Below are positions 25,825-40,929 of a stretch of DNA of 64,000 bases, piece after piece (the first letter of the stretch is position 1; every line of letters begins with the position of its first letter). The translations under genes and the position numbers were made by a program. Under the pieces are notes generated by a model. The model searched no databases, was not told where the DNA came from, and saw nothing but the letters and a program-made list of their open reading frames with translations. The stretch comes from Octopus vulgaris (taxonomy: Eukaryota), in NCBI GenBank assembly GCA_951406725.2, contig OX597814.1:97092001-97156000 (forward strand), in the 5' to 3' direction.

Positions 25825-25965
25825 CTTTGTTTGTCCAAGATCACAAGGTGGTGGTTGTTTAAGTACTTGTTTCACTGTTTGTACCAAAGTATCAGTTGGT
25901 AACACTTTTATGGCATCCACTAATTGAACTAATAGAAGTTGGTCTTCGCAAGGTACTGGTATTAC
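25825..25965 (-). CDS. DOP1: Dopey exon (VIPVPCEDQLLLVQLV...VQTVKQVLKQPP...)
   Basis: ttcag|GTA acceptor, AAG|gtgaaa donor; 141 nt. Confidence 0.92.
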
Positions 25966-27355
25966 CTGAAATTAAATAAAATTTATATCTTAATAAGCAT
26001 ATTAATAGTTTTCAAATGAAAATTTATGTTGCATTAACTATCACTCTTTTTAGTATCAAAAAATTTCAGTAGCTAAAAGTAATTTTAAAAAATTATTTAG
26101 TAGCTGCCATTTTTGACCCTCAAAGAAAAATAATATTCTTTAAAAATAGAATAATCTCTAAATTGGAGAGAGGAAGAATGTTTAGTGAAACAGATAAAAA
26201 TTCAATACTAAAAAATTTGTCTTTCTTTAAAACTGTTTAGTTAGTGGATGAAGGGGACAACCTAGATGACATTTGCAGGCCCCTTTCTTCTTAGCTAGGT
26301 GAGATTAATTCAGTTGCTCAACTTAAATATCTATGTTCTGATTCATGAAAGGAAGACATGGATAGGGAAGGAGTTCTAAAAGGCTGTAACTTCTAGTAAG
26401 AAGAACTGGTATGCAGCTTGTCAGTTTAGTGGAGCAGAACCCTTAGTAGTGGTAGTAAGAGAATAAAATAATGGTAACAATGGATTAGAAGTTGTTGTGC
26501 ATAGGTGAGTGAATCTTTGCAGTGGTCTTTTTGTAACTGCAGTCTTCTATAGATGCAGTGAAAATTTGAAAATTAATGAGTTATAGAATATACTTCCTGC
26601 TGGGTGGTTGGTGTTAGGAAGGGCATCCAGCTGTACAAATCCTGCCAAAACAGCCACAGAAGTCTGGTGCAGGCTTCTGCTTGGCTGGCTCCTATTAAAC
26701 TGTCCCACCCATGCCAGCATAGAGGGCAGACATTGGACAATGATGATGATGAATAAGTGCAGAAATCATTGTTCATTTTAAAGTCCACTTTTCCATGCTT
26801 GTATTGTCAGATAGTTTAAGGTAAATTTTCTACAGGCAGACACACTTCCTGTTTCCTAGCAAGTTAATATATTTCCCCATGGTCAGACATGTTTTGCAGA
26901 ATATTGGAAAGGAATAACACTGCTTGTATGACAGTGACACTCATTTACAACTATGATGCAACACCAAGACATGAAGATACACGCACACACATGGTGGGCT
27001 TCATTCAATTTTCAATACACAGTTTTGGTTAGTCCAAGACTATAGTAGAAGACACTTGCCCAAGGTGCAATGCAAAGACACTCAACCAGTAACCAAGTAT
27101 TTGGGAAACAATTATCTTAACCACACAGCACCTGCACCATATCCACTTCTGTATCAAGTAAATATAAAAGTAAAAACTGGTAACATAAGACATAAACCAG
27201 TTCTGATTGAGAATAAAGCAGGTGAGGCTAGTGTAGTATTTCTAAGACATTAATAAAAGTAAAATACTCAAAACCCTGGAATGTTTCCAAAATTGATAAT
27301 TGTCATTTTACCTTTTCTTACTGAATAATTATTCATATCTTTGAAAACATAATAC

Positions 27356-27481
27356 CTTTTTATTATAGCCAGGAACTTTTCGTCTTCTGTCATTCCAGGC
27401 AACAGCAACAGAGCCAAGTAAATTGCAGCCATGAGGAACAGCAACAGGACTGAGAAATTCCAAAATATATGAACGAACAAC
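27356..27481 (-). CDS. DOP1: Dopey exon (VVRSYILEFLSPVAVPHG...VAWNDRRRK...)
   Basis: cttcag|GTT acceptor, AAG|gtatta donor; 126 nt; the real frame differs from the ORF-track frame. Confidence 0.9.
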
Positions 27482-27790
27482 CTGAAGAACAAAAAAAAAA
27501 AATAAATAAAAATTAAAAAAATAAAACTGAATACATGGATATGAATTGTTTATAAATCAATGTATATAAGTTGAAACAAATTGTTGGTGTTTTATGTTTT
27601 TTAATAATTTTTTATGCTGTCCTGTCATAATATAAATAGTTAGACTGTCAATTGTATTTCTCTATTTAATTTATTGTTTGTATTTTGTATTTATACCCCT
27701 ATTTCTGTGACATTCAACTGACATACCAGTGAATTGGATGTTTTACACACCATTGAAGGAATTTTTTCCTTCATTTATTACATATATATA

Positions 27791-28655
27791 TTGGGTCATC
27801 CCATAAATAATGCATTTTTTTTTATTAATCTAAAATATACTCCTCATTTTCTACATTGCTCTTCCATCTATTTGGTAGATGTGCAAGGCTCCCCTCTTCC
27901 AAAATTCACTTGTCTGTGACAAATACTCCTCTACTACTCTTCCGATCTCATTTACAGAATTCATATATTTTTCATCCAAATAATTTTGAAGACTGCAGAA
28001 TAAATGATAATCAGATAGGGCAATGTCCAGTGAATATGGTGAGTGAGGTATCTTTCCCATTCAAACTGCTTCAGTCTTTGGAATGTCATCCTCACAGCAT
28101 GTAGTTGAGCATTATCTTGATGGAAGAATACCTTTCATCTTGAAATCAAAGACGGTCATTTTCCTTCTAGCACTGACTTGAATGACTGGTTGAATGACCA
28201 AATCCAAACTTCTCTGCTAGTTCTTAAACAGTTACAATGGGATTTTGTTCCACCAGGGTTTGTAGGACATCCCTGTCAAGCTCTACAGATCTTCCAAGAT
28301 AAGGCTCATCTTCTAGGATGTAGTTTCCAGCTTGAAATTTCTGGAACCACCACTGACACTGTCTTGCACCTATTGTCCAATCCCCATATACTGCATTAAT
28401 ATTCCTTGAACTTTCTGTTGCATTGTTGCCGTTATTGAACTCATAAAGCAAAATATGCTCCTTTGTCACTTCCATTATAGCTTTGAAAAAATAACTGTTA
28501 AAATAGAAATGCACTCTTCAAAACTTGCACCAAGAATAAGTGCAAAGTAAAATTACTACCTGCTTTTATAGCAAGTTGATGCAGGTAGATTATCTTCCCG
28601 TTCGACTTTTAGTTCATGCAATTGAAAAAATTGCATTATTTATGGGATGACCCAA
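27791..28655 (-). mobile_element. Internally deleted mariner transposon
   Basis: Perfect 24-bp TIRs ttgggtcatcccataaataatgca, TA on both sides; HTH remnant (QWWFQKFQAG...LEDEP..GR) and PHSPYSLDIALSDYHLF motif. Confidence 0.93.
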
Positions 28656-29235
28656 TATATAGATATATATATAGTGCTGATGAAATTATAGTTACCGATT
28701 AGATACTTAGCTTAAGAGCAGAATGCATCAGATACAGACATGAATATAAATCAACTGGTAATAACAATTGTATCTGTTTTGGAAGAAGAACAATTTTGCA
28801 AAGGAGAAGGTACTGCTTATGGAATCAATCATAATATATTATATGTACTTATTTAACTCCAAGAGTATGCAAAGGAAAACCAGCCATTTGAACTTGGAGC
28901 AACTAGGTATAGAATTTTAGGCACTGCAAAGTAGCATTTGGCTTATAACTGCCAATAATATTATGCTATACAACTGTTATGATAATGTTGCCCTAATAAC
29001 ATGTCTCAACATCTGTCATTATCAACACTGTGTATTTTTGTTTGTTTTTTAATCTAATTTTCACCATGACAGTGATACATTAACTTTTACATGGGTCAAT
29101 CCCTATCAATGTTGGTTCTGGATTTGGTGATGTTTCCAGTAACAGGGCTGTTTTTTTTTAATTATTTGTTGAGTTTGGAGTGAATATGACCTTTGCAGGC
29201 TCTCCAAAACCAGTAAGGTTAATGATATTAATTAC

Positions 29236-29790
29236 CATCATCATTTAATGTTTCTTTTCCATGCTGGCATAGGTTGGATGCTTCAACATGAACTGGTGTG
29301 CCTAGGGACTGTGCCAAGCTCCAATATCTGCTTTGACATAGTTTCCATGGAGTAATGTTCATCATAGCACCAATCCCTGTGAAGGTGCTTGGCTAAGTGG
29401 TTGGGCTATTTGGCTCAATATCATAAGGCCATGAATTCAATACCTGGCAGTGCATTGTGTCCTTGAGTATGACACTTTATTTCCTGATGCTCCAGTCCAC
29501 TCAGTTGGCAAAAATGAGTTATAGCTGTATTTCAAAGAGCCAGCCTTGTCACATTCTTTGACAAGATGAATCTCCCTGAGAACTATGTTAAAGATAGACA
29601 CTTCTGTGAAGTGCTCAAGCACTTGCATGTTAATTTCATGAGCAGGCTGTTCTGCTGATTGGAGCAACTAGAGCCCTCATTGTCATAGTGATGGAGTGCC
29701 AGTTTAACACAAACCCCTGTACAGAGGGTACCGGGTGTTTTTTATGTGATACTGGCACCAGGGAGGTCACCAAATAAAATATGATAGAGG
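29236..29790. mobile_element. RTE-tail element (minus strand) interrupted by a plus-strand tRNA-SINE (~29383-29705)
   Basis: catcatcat tail at 29236; SINE head tggctaagtgg...aattcaatacc...gtgtccttgag; host element resumes at ~29715. Confidence 0.6.
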
Positions 29791-30206
29791 GAACAGGAAC
29801 AAGTGCCATGCTGTAGGGAAGATGCAAGGTTACCAGTTAGAAAACAGAGAAGATGAAGATGTATCAGAGTGCACCCTCAAGCTGCAGGAAGATTAATGCT
29901 ATTAATGTTCTATATAACCTGTCAGAGGCAAACACCTGCAGGAAAGGCATCAGCAGAAAGAAGATTCCAGAATGCTGATTTGCTAGGGAAGGAGAAGTGG
30001 GAATAGAGGTTAGTGCAAGGTGAAGTGGGGAAGTTTTGGGTGCAACAACGGGGAGAAGAGATAGAGAGATGAGTGTACTAAGTTGGGTGAATGAAGGGAA
30101 CTGCATACTAAGTAGTAAAAATATTACATGCAATTACAATATACCAAAAGAAAATTTTAAAATATTAAAACCAGTAGAACATTTATTCAGTTGACAGAGT
30201 TCATAC

Positions 30207-30380
30207 CTTGGGTGCCCCTATAATCCAGTTATGCTGAAGAGCTAAATTTTCTTCTGATTCATTGATAGCTTTCCATAAAGTAGCCATACACCCAATTATA
30301 CGTGGAAGTATACTTAAAAGGTGTGTGCGGGCTTCCAAAAGTGGTACTAAAAGTGCAGCATCACTTTGGGAATTGGCCTC
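30207..30380 (-). CDS. DOP1: Dopey exon (EANSQ...EARTHLLSILPRII...GAPK)
   Basis: tttcag|GAG acceptor, AAG|gtatga donor; 174 nt. Confidence 0.92.
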
Positions 30381-32280
30381 CTGAAAAAAAAACACAAAAA
30401 AATATACAAAATAAAATGTTTAAAGATGAACCAATAAAGATGAACTAAATATAGCCTCAGTGTAATTCTAGCCATAGTTTTAAAGGCTCAAATGTTTATT
30501 TAGAAAATGAATAAAAAATACTTCATTTATTAAAGAAAATAATTATATTGTAAAAACATCTATCCTCACTTATTATGGAGGAGGTGGGGTTACCAAAAGA
30601 AAAATTACAGTAATAAATGAATCGTTTCTATGCATTTTGCAAATGGAACAAATGGTAGCTTCATTGGCACCAAACTCATGGTCCATAACAATGAAGCTTC
30701 TACTGCCATGTATTGTCTTCATCATCTCTACTTTTTTCTGTAGAAAATACACTCATATGCATTGCTTGTTAAGACCAGGGGCCTTTGTGTTTTTTCTGAT
30801 AACTGGCCCCATATTGTTGGATATGAATATGTAACCTTTCAGCACAGTCATGTAAACACAAGTGATAGACAGTGAATTCTGGGCAGCTGAGCATGTGGGT
30901 GGTTGCTGGAGTACGTTATAGCAGTACAAACAGAATCTTTGATCACCAACCAGTATTATCACTCACAGATCAACTTGTGATAAGTACAACATGGTCCACA
31001 ATTGAGCATAGCATTTAATCTTTGGTCAGGTGTGAATGAATCATTGATAAACAAGGTTACATGTAGTGAAATTGCAGCATGCAGAATTTAAGCCTTACAA
31101 ATGAGCAAATAGCTTGTTAATAATAGCAACTGAAGATGTTAAAATTAATAAGCCAAATAGCAATACAAATAGGTTTCAATTAGGAAAGATAGCTCCAGTG
31201 TTTTAATCAGATTAACTGTTAAAATGGATATGTATCTAATTCACTGTATCAGTGTTGTTTATTATAATAATAAAAAAAAAAGAGAAAATTAAGAAAACAA
31301 AAAGGTTAAAAACAAAACAGACAGATTATCAAATGAACAAAAGTAAATTATATTATCATCAGAATTACTATTTTACAGGATATATGATATAATTATCAGT
31401 GTATAAATTTAATTTATACAATTTTATTAATACTAAAACTTATGATTCTACTGAATTTTAAAATCTGGTAAAAAAATAAATTTAAGAAACAAAAAGAAAA
31501 TTTTTTTAAAGTAAATGAACATCATTAAACTGGAATTCTGATGCTAATTTCTTTTACATAAAAATAACAAACAAACCCAATTAAAAAAAGCACCAAACTG
31601 AAATATAAAAAGCAAAATGTACCCCCCTTTTATAGAATCTAGTCAAATGTTATAAATCTAATTTGATAATTAACTATGGATAACTAACTTATTTTTAAAA
31701 GCATAAATTTATAAATGCATTGATCATATTGAATTTATATAATTATACAAAAATTGATGGATAAAATACATGCTATCACCCAAATGATGATTTCCTTAAT
31801 TGCACAGTCCATGATATATATATATTTATATATATCATATATATATATATGTATATTAATATTTCAGACTCAATAGAATATTAAATACATGTTCTTTGAA
31901 ACCCATTCATAAATAATGAAATATTAAAAATCAAAATATTTTTTGAATTTGTACTTTCAGGTTTAAGTTGTTTAAAATCTTTAAAATGCTTGAAGGGCAG
32001 AATTGATATCAAACTATTTATATACGATTTATTTTATGCATCCTGCAAAAGCAACTGATTTCAATTTGTTTGAAATAATGATACTAAAAGTGCAAAGACT
32101 TTTTCTTAAAACAAAATTATTGTAGACTGATGAGAGAATTTGCAAGTTGAATTAGCAAACTACATTCCTACCCTCAAATTTATTATCTTTAAATCAAAGA
32201 ACAAATATGTATCATAAAATCCTCCCCTCCACTAAATACTATTTATGAGCAAACAATATACAACTCAGCAGCATGCATAC

Positions 32281-32500
32281 CCGACTACCACTGACTGGAT
32301 TGAATACATGGATTAAATTGGTGAGGATCTGGCCAGCAGTATATGAATCCACAGCAGATTGAATCCCCAGATTAGGCAGGCTGTGTTGATTGATTAAGAC
32401 AGGGGAACTATTGTCCAAAAGACAATAGTGACAAATTCTGGTCAATCCTTCTAACATAGTCAACACATGGTCTGGAGGAAGACTCTTCATCTGTTGCTTC
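32281..32500 (-). CDS. DOP1: Dopey exon (KQQMKSLPPDHVLTMLEGLTRICHYCLLD...)
   Basis: ttttcag|G acceptor, CGG|gtatgc donor; 220 nt, phase 2 to 0. Confidence 0.92.
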
Positions 32501-33705
32501 CTGAAAATATAAGTGAATCATGTTAATATGCAGGTCTCAGTGGTGGAAATGTGAATGAAGCAGGAATGTAACTGAAAGTAATTATTGTCTAAATGAAACA
32601 GTTTTATTATAAATTGCTTAAGTTACTGCACCCACTCCCATCACAATATCTATTTAATAAGGGTCTACATTAGAGTTGGCTGTATTTGGTGCAATTACCA
32701 TGACCCTTCTGTTCAGCTAGCCACCACTCCTTCTCCTCATCCAGGTTGTCAATAGACAACCATCACCCGGCTCTGTTACTAGCCATTGCCCACTCTCTAT
32801 CATAACACCAAACAGTAGTTGCCATCATTGCTTTTTTTATTACTTTCTTCTCTAACACCTTGCTCCAAACACACTGTTTCTCTCAACATTACCATTCATT
32901 ATTCTTTCTCTCTTACTCACCATTTCTTTTACTCTCACTTATTTCAGCTTGTCACTTCTATCACACTCATTTCCCATCATGCTACTCTTGGTGTTTTCTA
33001 GTCAAAGTCCTTAACATGTTAGTCTGTCATTTTGTTTTTCATCCCTTGCTTGGTATCTTCATTTCTTTCTCTGTCTCTCTCATCTATCACCTTCTAAGTC
33101 ATATTGACTTGAACAAATGGAAACAAAGCAAAGAGGACTTTAATTTTACTGGGGACAAGAGAACCTCTTTAGTGCAGGTGCAACATGAAACACAACTAGG
33201 ACACACTATAAAGTGCTTGACATCAGGATGGTTATTTAGCTTGAACATACAAGACTTGGTCCCCCAATCTATCTAAGAGTGAAGTAAATTCAAATAAAAA
33301 TTGGTTTAACAACAAGTCCAACCATGCCAGTAAGGAAAAGTGGATGTAAAATGATGATGGTGGTATATAAAATGAGATATTTCTGCATATCTACGTGCAT
33401 GAGTATGTATGGCAACTAGTTAGAACCAAATTTTTTTAATGTAATGAAACTTGCAAAAACTTTAAACATAAGTTTTGGAGGAGGTAGATGTGATTCCATC
33501 AACAAAATTTCCACAAGGTTTGGCAGTAACTCTACACTTCAGAATGCAGGTAATTATACATAAAGTACATATCTATCTATTTTTATATATATATAAACAT
33601 ATCTCCTATTCCCATAGTATACATTGTACATGTGTATGTGCATGCATATGTGTGCACACTATTTATGAATATTTACAGTATTTATGAACTATAACAGATG
33701 CTTAC

Positions 33706-35619
33706 CTTTCATCCTTTGGAGTTGTATACAAAGATGAAATTGATTCAAGGTTGCGGCAAAGCTGTGAAACAACATTCATAACAACCAAAGCCATGGCCTT
33801 TCCCATATGTGGCAGGGCAGCTGTTACCATGGAAATCCAGTGACGATGCATATGAGCTCTATGAGATTGCTTGAGCGCACTAAGAACTGCAGACAAAAAC
33901 ATGCCTTGTTGTACAATGGGCCGTCCTGAGTTATAACGTACACGTGACAGAGAAGGATTAAAGTTTACTTTTGTGCGATCCCAGTCAACGGATGAAGATG
34001 TATTATCGTTATTTGCTGAATCCCCACTGGTTTGATTAGGACTTCCCTTAATTAACTGAATATGACCCTCCAACATAATCATCACAAGCAACAGGTTTAA
34101 TAGCTTTATTTGAAAAGTTTCATTAGCACTTTGTTCTAAGCTGTCCTCGTTAAAGGATATAATAGTTTCAGTGAAACTCACTCGATGCATGACACTGTCT
34201 GATATCTGGCGTGAATTGTAGACACTTGCCAAAACAGAGTGTAGAATAGCTTTCTGCAGCTTGCATTTCATCAAAAGATCACTGATGTAAGAGACAAAAC
34301 TTTTACCACTTTCTTTCATTATATGGATTAACTCTGATACGAGATGGGTTAGAATTTCAGCACTGAGTATGTGAACCTCTTTGTTACCATGAAGTTCTTC
34401 AAGTGATAACTTGCTCATCATCAGATTTGGATAGTATGATCGAATGAAGTATAAACAAAGAGAAATCACAATTTCTAAGTACATATTTGTCCGGTAGTTT
34501 GATATCACATCCGATGGTAATTCTCCAAAGAAGTTATTTCCAAAAACTGATTTTCGGTGCCTTGCTAGAAGCATCTGCAATTTTGGCAACTGTTGTAATC
34601 TGTTGTTACTGATGCTGGTTGTTGCCATGGCAGTAACCATGAGCCGAGGACATGTTACAAGCATAGACTTGAGGGTCGATAGCGCATAGAGAGTTTGCTG
34701 ACAGTCGTATTTCTGCACATAGAGAAGTATATGCATATGCAATGTGTGTATACCTGTAGCTTCTTCTTCATTTTCATCTAAATTGTTGCTAATGTTATTT
34801 GATGATCTACCAAATGGTCTAGAGAGATCGGATTCACTGCCAGTTGGAGAATCAATCTCTAATCCTCTCTTATCAATAGCATTCAGGAGATCCTCATCAT
34901 CAAGGACGCTACTGTCTTTAGACATGGAGCCAGATTTACCATCTGGAAGAGAGAAATCGTCGGGAATATCGACTTGTTTGCTCAAAAGCAGTGGCTCCCT
35001 TGTTACTTTGTTAACAAGATCATCCAGAATGCCAGTGACAATATTTTCACTAGTCTCACCAGCAGGTTCCTCAACAGTGACCACATTATTGGATGGATCA
35101 TCAGTGACTGTGCCAGCTAACTCTTGATTAACCCCAGTAGTCTGATCTTCTATGGGATCAGTATTATCCAGTTGGTCCTTCTCATCAAAATATATACCTT
35201 CCTTTAAACAAGTTTCCTTTGTTAAACGTCGGATGCTTCTTAGATCAAAATTTTGAGCAGGTGGTGGAAGCTCAAATCCATCAAATATAAGCCGATCAAG
35301 AGAATTTTCTGATCCACCAAAGGGATTGATTCGGAGCTTGAGATTCTCTGGGTTCACCCTGTCAAAGGGCATATCAATTTGTGCTCTAGTTGAAGCGGTC
35401 AAAACACCAGATCCTTTTTCGTTCATTACAGTTAGAGCAAACGATTTCAGCTCTTCAACATTCTTCTTTGAGATATTTTTGGTCTTAGAACTAACATGAT
35501 AAATAACATTTCCCCCTTCGCTACTGATGGCAAAGATTTTGGTGTCTGATTTATCCTCATCCACATCTGATAGCTTCACTTTTTGGGGTTGATGGATATT
35601 TACATGTTGTATGGATATT
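33706..35619 (-). CDS. DOP1: Dopey large central exon (ISIQHV...HMHILLYVQKYD...QLCRNLE...)
   Basis: ctttccag|A acceptor, AG|gtaagc donor; 1914 nt within the 672-aa ORF. Confidence 0.95.
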
Positions 35620-36542
35620 CTGGAAAGAGCAATAAAAATACAAATAAATAATGACTTCAAACTGATGCTGAACATTAAATGATTAATCAGAGCATCACAA
35701 ATGTTATAAAATTTTGACAAAATCTTTACTTAAAACACTAATTATTGATTAAAACAAATATATAGACAGACATACAGATACAAACACATATATCAGATTC
35801 TGGTACAATGAAGAGATTAAGCAAAACTCAGAAGAGGGATATGTCAAGTTGTGAAATTCAGCCTAATTTACCACTTCAAGCTTCACAGAGTGTGGCCTTC
35901 ATGTGAATAAGTGTGATACATGTTTGTATGTGTGTCTGCAACTAATAGTCTTCGACATTATAAGTAAACCTTTTATGTCAACAAATCCATCTACTACTTC
36001 AGTATAGATGCACGTCATAGACCAAAGATTCAGTAATCCTTCCTTAAACCAGAGAAAGAAAATATATAATGTTAAGAGTTAGAGTGAATAATCTTTGATA
36101 GTTTAATTTAACATTTATTTTTCATTGAAGTGTATTTTAGAAAATATTTATAAAATCAGAATATTTGCATATTGTTGAGACCAAACCCCTTTTTAGATTA
36201 AATATCTTTCTGATCATTAATTTCTCAACCATGGAAGTTAGCAGAATTATGCTTTGATCTTATGTTGCCATTATTCTTGTACCTTGACCTCGTAGATGTT
36301 GTACCTGACACACACAAACACTACACTCAATATGAAACTTGAAGTAGTAAGTTAGGTTGGATTTCACACCTTGACATATCTCTCTACAAATTTAGTATTA
36401 ATTGCTTTTGGCTGGAATCTGATGTATATGTTGACATATATGTATGTCAGTCTGTCTAATCATCTAATAGTAGGTTAACATCGAAAGATTAGTGAGGTAA
36501 AATATAAAATGTAACAAATGCTTATATAGAAATATAACAAAC

Positions 36543-36695
36543 CTGGCAGTATCTGGATGTAAGAGAATAAGAAGGGTAGGTTCTAGAATTCTGTAAATGC
36601 CACCACGCTGTATAGTGTGCATTAACCAAGTACTAGCTAGTGTTTTCGCAGAACTTGTATCTTCACGGAGACTATCTAATACTGCAAACATTGAC
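36543..36695 (-). CDS. DOP1: Dopey exon (SMFAVLDSL...RILEPTLLILLHPDTAR)
   Basis: ttcag|G acceptor, AG|gtttgt donor; 153 nt, phase 2 to 2. Confidence 0.93.
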
Positions 36696-36804
36696 CTGAA
36701 AATATACAAATACATTTATTCATTTGCTATAAGGAATAAGAAATGTATGAGAATAGCAAGTGCTTTATTTGTATTTAAATAGTAAATCTGAAGTCGATAT
36801 TTAC

Positions 36805-36908
36805 CGATCAAATGTTCTGAGAGGCATTCCAGGGGCACGACTAGTTTTCTTATCACGGATTAAATGCCAGAGAACAGTAAATTTTCGGAAAGCTTCAATA
36901 CGTTTATT
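36805..36908 (-). CDS. DOP1: Dopey exon (NKRIEAFRKFTVLWHLIRD...RTFDR)
   Basis: Poly-T tract + cag| acceptor, CG|gtaaat donor; 104 nt; not in ORF track, found by translation. Confidence 0.92.
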
Positions 36909-38613
36909 CTGAAAAAAAAAAAAAAAGATAGAAAAGTTACACATTATTCATAAATACTCAATAGTTTCATTGGATTAAACAAGAAAACATACTTAGAAGA
37001 ACAAAGAAATTTAATGAAGTATTTTTGTGTAATTTACTACAAGTAATGATGTATTATTGCTTCTAATAATAAGAGTGGTATAATGGCATGAATACGGGGG
37101 ATGGGATAGGGGGAGAGATATATTTGATTAAATATGTTTGATTGGCACTCCAGGATAATGAATGGTAAAAATGACTGTGGTTGAATTTCATCTAAGAATG
37201 TAACTAATTCCTCACAAGATGTCACCGTCATTTAACATTTGTCTTTCATGGGATAGTCTGACAGGATCTGATGGGTCCAAGGGCTGCATTGTAAGCCATT
37301 GTCTTCATTGGCAAAGTTACCCTTCCTAACGTCAACCACTTTACAGCATACTCTGGGTGCCTTTTTCATACCACTAACACTAGTGAAGTTGCCATGCTGC
37401 TTGCAAGATTACAAACTCTGTGGAGGACAAGATCATGCCAGGAGATGACAATTAGAAAGGAGTAAAATATGAGAGAAAAGGGTCAGAGCAGAACAGGTTT
37501 TTCTCTGTAGAGATGCTACATGACTCACATTTTAGAAGAGAAGGTGGAAATGATAGGATGGAGGTGAAAAGTGAAAAAAAGCGTGGTGATGAGGTGTCAG
37601 AGTGAACCTTCAAAGCATGAGGTGTGTAGGAATGAGTGGAGCAGAGGAGGTGGGTGGAAAAGTAGCGGGTGTCTGATAGTGCAGAACAGCAGCATTGCAG
37701 TTTGGCATGTTTGGTTTTTAACCAAATCTGGCATTCACAACCTTTTATAATAAAAATGATAATGATGATCTCCAACTTTGGCATAATGCTACACATTTTG
37801 GGGAAAAAGCAAACACACACACAAAAAAGGTGACAGTTGATTGCACTGATTGTCATAAGCATAAAGCCAATGTTACCGTGGTGAAATTTGAATTCAGAAT
37901 ATACAGGAATATAATTACTGGAAAGTGTTGCTATGCCTATTGTTCTAACATTCAAATGTTATCTATTTTTATGATTAATAATAATTTTTAAGAAACAAAT
38001 ATGTTAACAACCAAATGATCACTATTTCAACCTTTAATATGGTTAAAAAAAGTATCAAAAGTCTCTAACATAGGTACAAAGACCAGAATATTTTGGTATA
38101 GTGGTGTGGTTGGTTAACTCAACTCTAGTACTTGACTGGTACTTTAATCAAATCCAAGGGAATAAAAAGTAAAGTTGATTTTGGTGGAATTTGAACTCAA
38201 AATATAAAAAGCAAGAAAAAAAATCATTGCAAATAATTTTCTTTGAAATCCTAACAAAAGTGTAACAATCTCTGAAGAAGGAATCAAAATAAGTCACTGA
38301 GCTCTTCTATGTGGGCCTTTTTCTACAAGTTTTTTCACTCAATTTTATTGAACTTGCAATCCATTGAGCAGTTGATGACTTTTAGATGGTCTTTTGTGTC
38401 AGATCGGTTTCATTTTTGCTTACATAAACATTGCCAGTAATGGAAATATGGATGGGTATAAATGAAAGTTATTTTCATATGTAAGACAAGATATACATGT
38501 TGGCCATGAATAAACACACAAAAAAAAACCCAAAAAACAATCAACAATGGGCCATGATAAAAGGTAGTAGTTTATCCCTGCTCTAACATAAGGCATGAAA
38601 TGTGAGAACTTAC

Positions 38614-38766
38614 TGGTTCATCTCCAACAAGAGCACTGCCAATCACATCTTCACAGACCCAACTGTTTGGTGTTACTTGGTGCAGTTGCTGGAACAATTC
38701 CACACTCCTTTGATGATTATTAGAAGTAGATGCATCAAGATGATTCCATAAATTTTGTGCAACCAT
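38614..38766 (-). CDS. DOP1: Dopey exon (MVAQNLWNHLD...CEDVIGSALVGDEP)
   Basis: ttgtag|ATG acceptor, CCA|gtaagt donor; 153 nt, phase 0 to 0. Confidence 0.92.
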
Positions 38767-40654
38767 CTACAAAAAGCATAAAGATATATGATTCAATATA
38801 TAAATGCACACACACACATATATGTTGCTATTTATAAGGTAAACAGAAAGCTTGGATAAATTTTAAAATCTAAAAATCACAAACTTCATTTATACACACA
38901 CACACAAAGCATATTTGTAATATATACGAGGGCAGTGGCCTAGTGGTTAGGGTGTTGCATTCATGATCATGAGATTGTGACTTCAATTCCCCAACTGGAC
39001 AGTACTTTGTGTTCTTCAGCAAAACACTTCACATCATGTTGCACTGCATCCTCTTTCATACCCGACATGCGACACACTTTGCACTTGTTCAGACAATGTC
39101 AAGTTGGAGGGAATGAGCTAATGTACAGCACATACATTTGATTAATATAAACAAATAATTTGTGCACATCATTCATCTAGAAATGGTGGAACCCTCATTT
39201 GTCATCTATGACAGGTGAGTTCCTGATGTAATATATATTTGGAATGGATTTGTCTGTCACCACTGTGTGATTCTGTACATTTTAATTTTAACAGATATGC
39301 AATATAGCACATTACACTTATTCAAGATGACTGAAAGAAGCTATCAGATGTAAGTGAAGGCAATAGGCAAGAAAAAAGGATAATGAGCTGGATAATGATT
39401 TACAATGGTTATTTCATTACTTGCCTGGGCATTGCTTCTTCATGAATCTGATCTGATGCTTAATATGGAACTGCTCTACTATGTGGATTGACAATCAGAC
39501 TGTATGTAATAGGTCAAGAAATACAATGATCACTAAAATGGAAACTGAATGTTTCTCACTTATTTCCTAATGTATTTCTCTTCAAATGTTTATGCATATT
39601 GTACTGTGTATAGTTAAAAATACTTTCATGCATAAAAGTGGCTGCACAATTTTTTTTCTTTTTAGAAAAATTCTATAGGAACACGTTTCAATTTGCAACA
39701 TGGAAGTCAATAAGAAAATAAGTTTCACAATACAGAAAACCACATTATGGCATTGATTCTCTTTTTGCATGCCATTACTGTCCTGCTAAACACTAAACTT
39801 GGCATGTCTCAATGTTCAACCTAGTCCTACACAGAAGTTTTCTAAACTTTTACCTCCAACATGAAGGAGAACTTATCTTCATTCTCTATGGACTCAATCA
39901 CTACTAAAACCTCTTTAGCATACACATCACTCCTCAAGCACACACATTCAGACACATCCAAACCCACATGTAACAAAAGCATCACCTTTCCCATGAATAC
40001 ACATACCCACCTTCCATATAACTTCCATAACTTCATAAACACAATCATATACACTTACATGGCACCTACACACATTAGACAAATACATACACTCATATGT
40101 ACTATGTAACATACACAACATAGCAACAGTCACAATAACACAGCAACGACATAAACATATACACATTCCCCATAATATCACAAACAACTTCTCATTACAG
40201 TTACCAAAACACAGTTAAGCACACATTTATACATGCACACACACACACACACACACACACAACCATACATACCACACACTCATTCAAACACATTGAATTC
40301 TCACAACATACAACACAATACAGCAATAAATTCAATAAATCAACAAAATAAAAACTCACTGCAATAACATATAAACACTCACTCCCTGAGTCCCATCATT
40401 CTGTCTGTGCACTACACCCACTGAAAACACAGCTAATCCATAGACAATTCCTTTTGTCCAGCTCCATCTAACTAATAGATTCATCACATGACTTTTACAA
40501 AAGCACAGAAACATACCAATTTAAATAACATGTACAAATATCTAAATTTGAAGCAATGTTCAACCCAATATAATCTATAGACCAAGATGCTGAAAAATGA
40601 AAACCACTATTACTTGAAAACATTTTTAAATATTCAAAGTCAAACAAAACAAAC

Positions 40655-40929
40655 CTGATAGAAAAGGGTATTGTTATTAAGATATTTGAGATGCCTGGGC
40701 AGCAGTGCTGGCAAAATAACTACTGATATGGTTCCACCATCATTGCCAGATGACGGCTTCCGTTCACTGCCTCCATCATCTTTGCTACGAGACTCACATT
40801 CTACTGACTGAGTCAGACTAACCAAATCCAGCATTGTAGAAATTGCTGCTACTTGAATATGGAAATTGTCAACAAAGCAACTACAAAGAATCAAATCTTG
40901 CAGCCATGGGGGTAGTGCAGAGTCCTCTT
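40655..40929 (-). CDS. DOP1: Dopey exon (EEDSALPPWLQDL...NTLFYQ)
   Basis: tttacag|AA acceptor, CAG|gtttgt donor; 275 nt, phase 1 to 0. Confidence 0.92.

Noticed and set aside
27268-27492. ORF-track hydrophobic peptide suggesting a small membrane protein
   Set aside because: Wrong frame of the Dopey exon 27356-27481.
34744-35127. 127-aa plus-strand ORF
   Set aside because: Antisense shadow of the large Dopey exon; Ser-rich with no recognisable domain.
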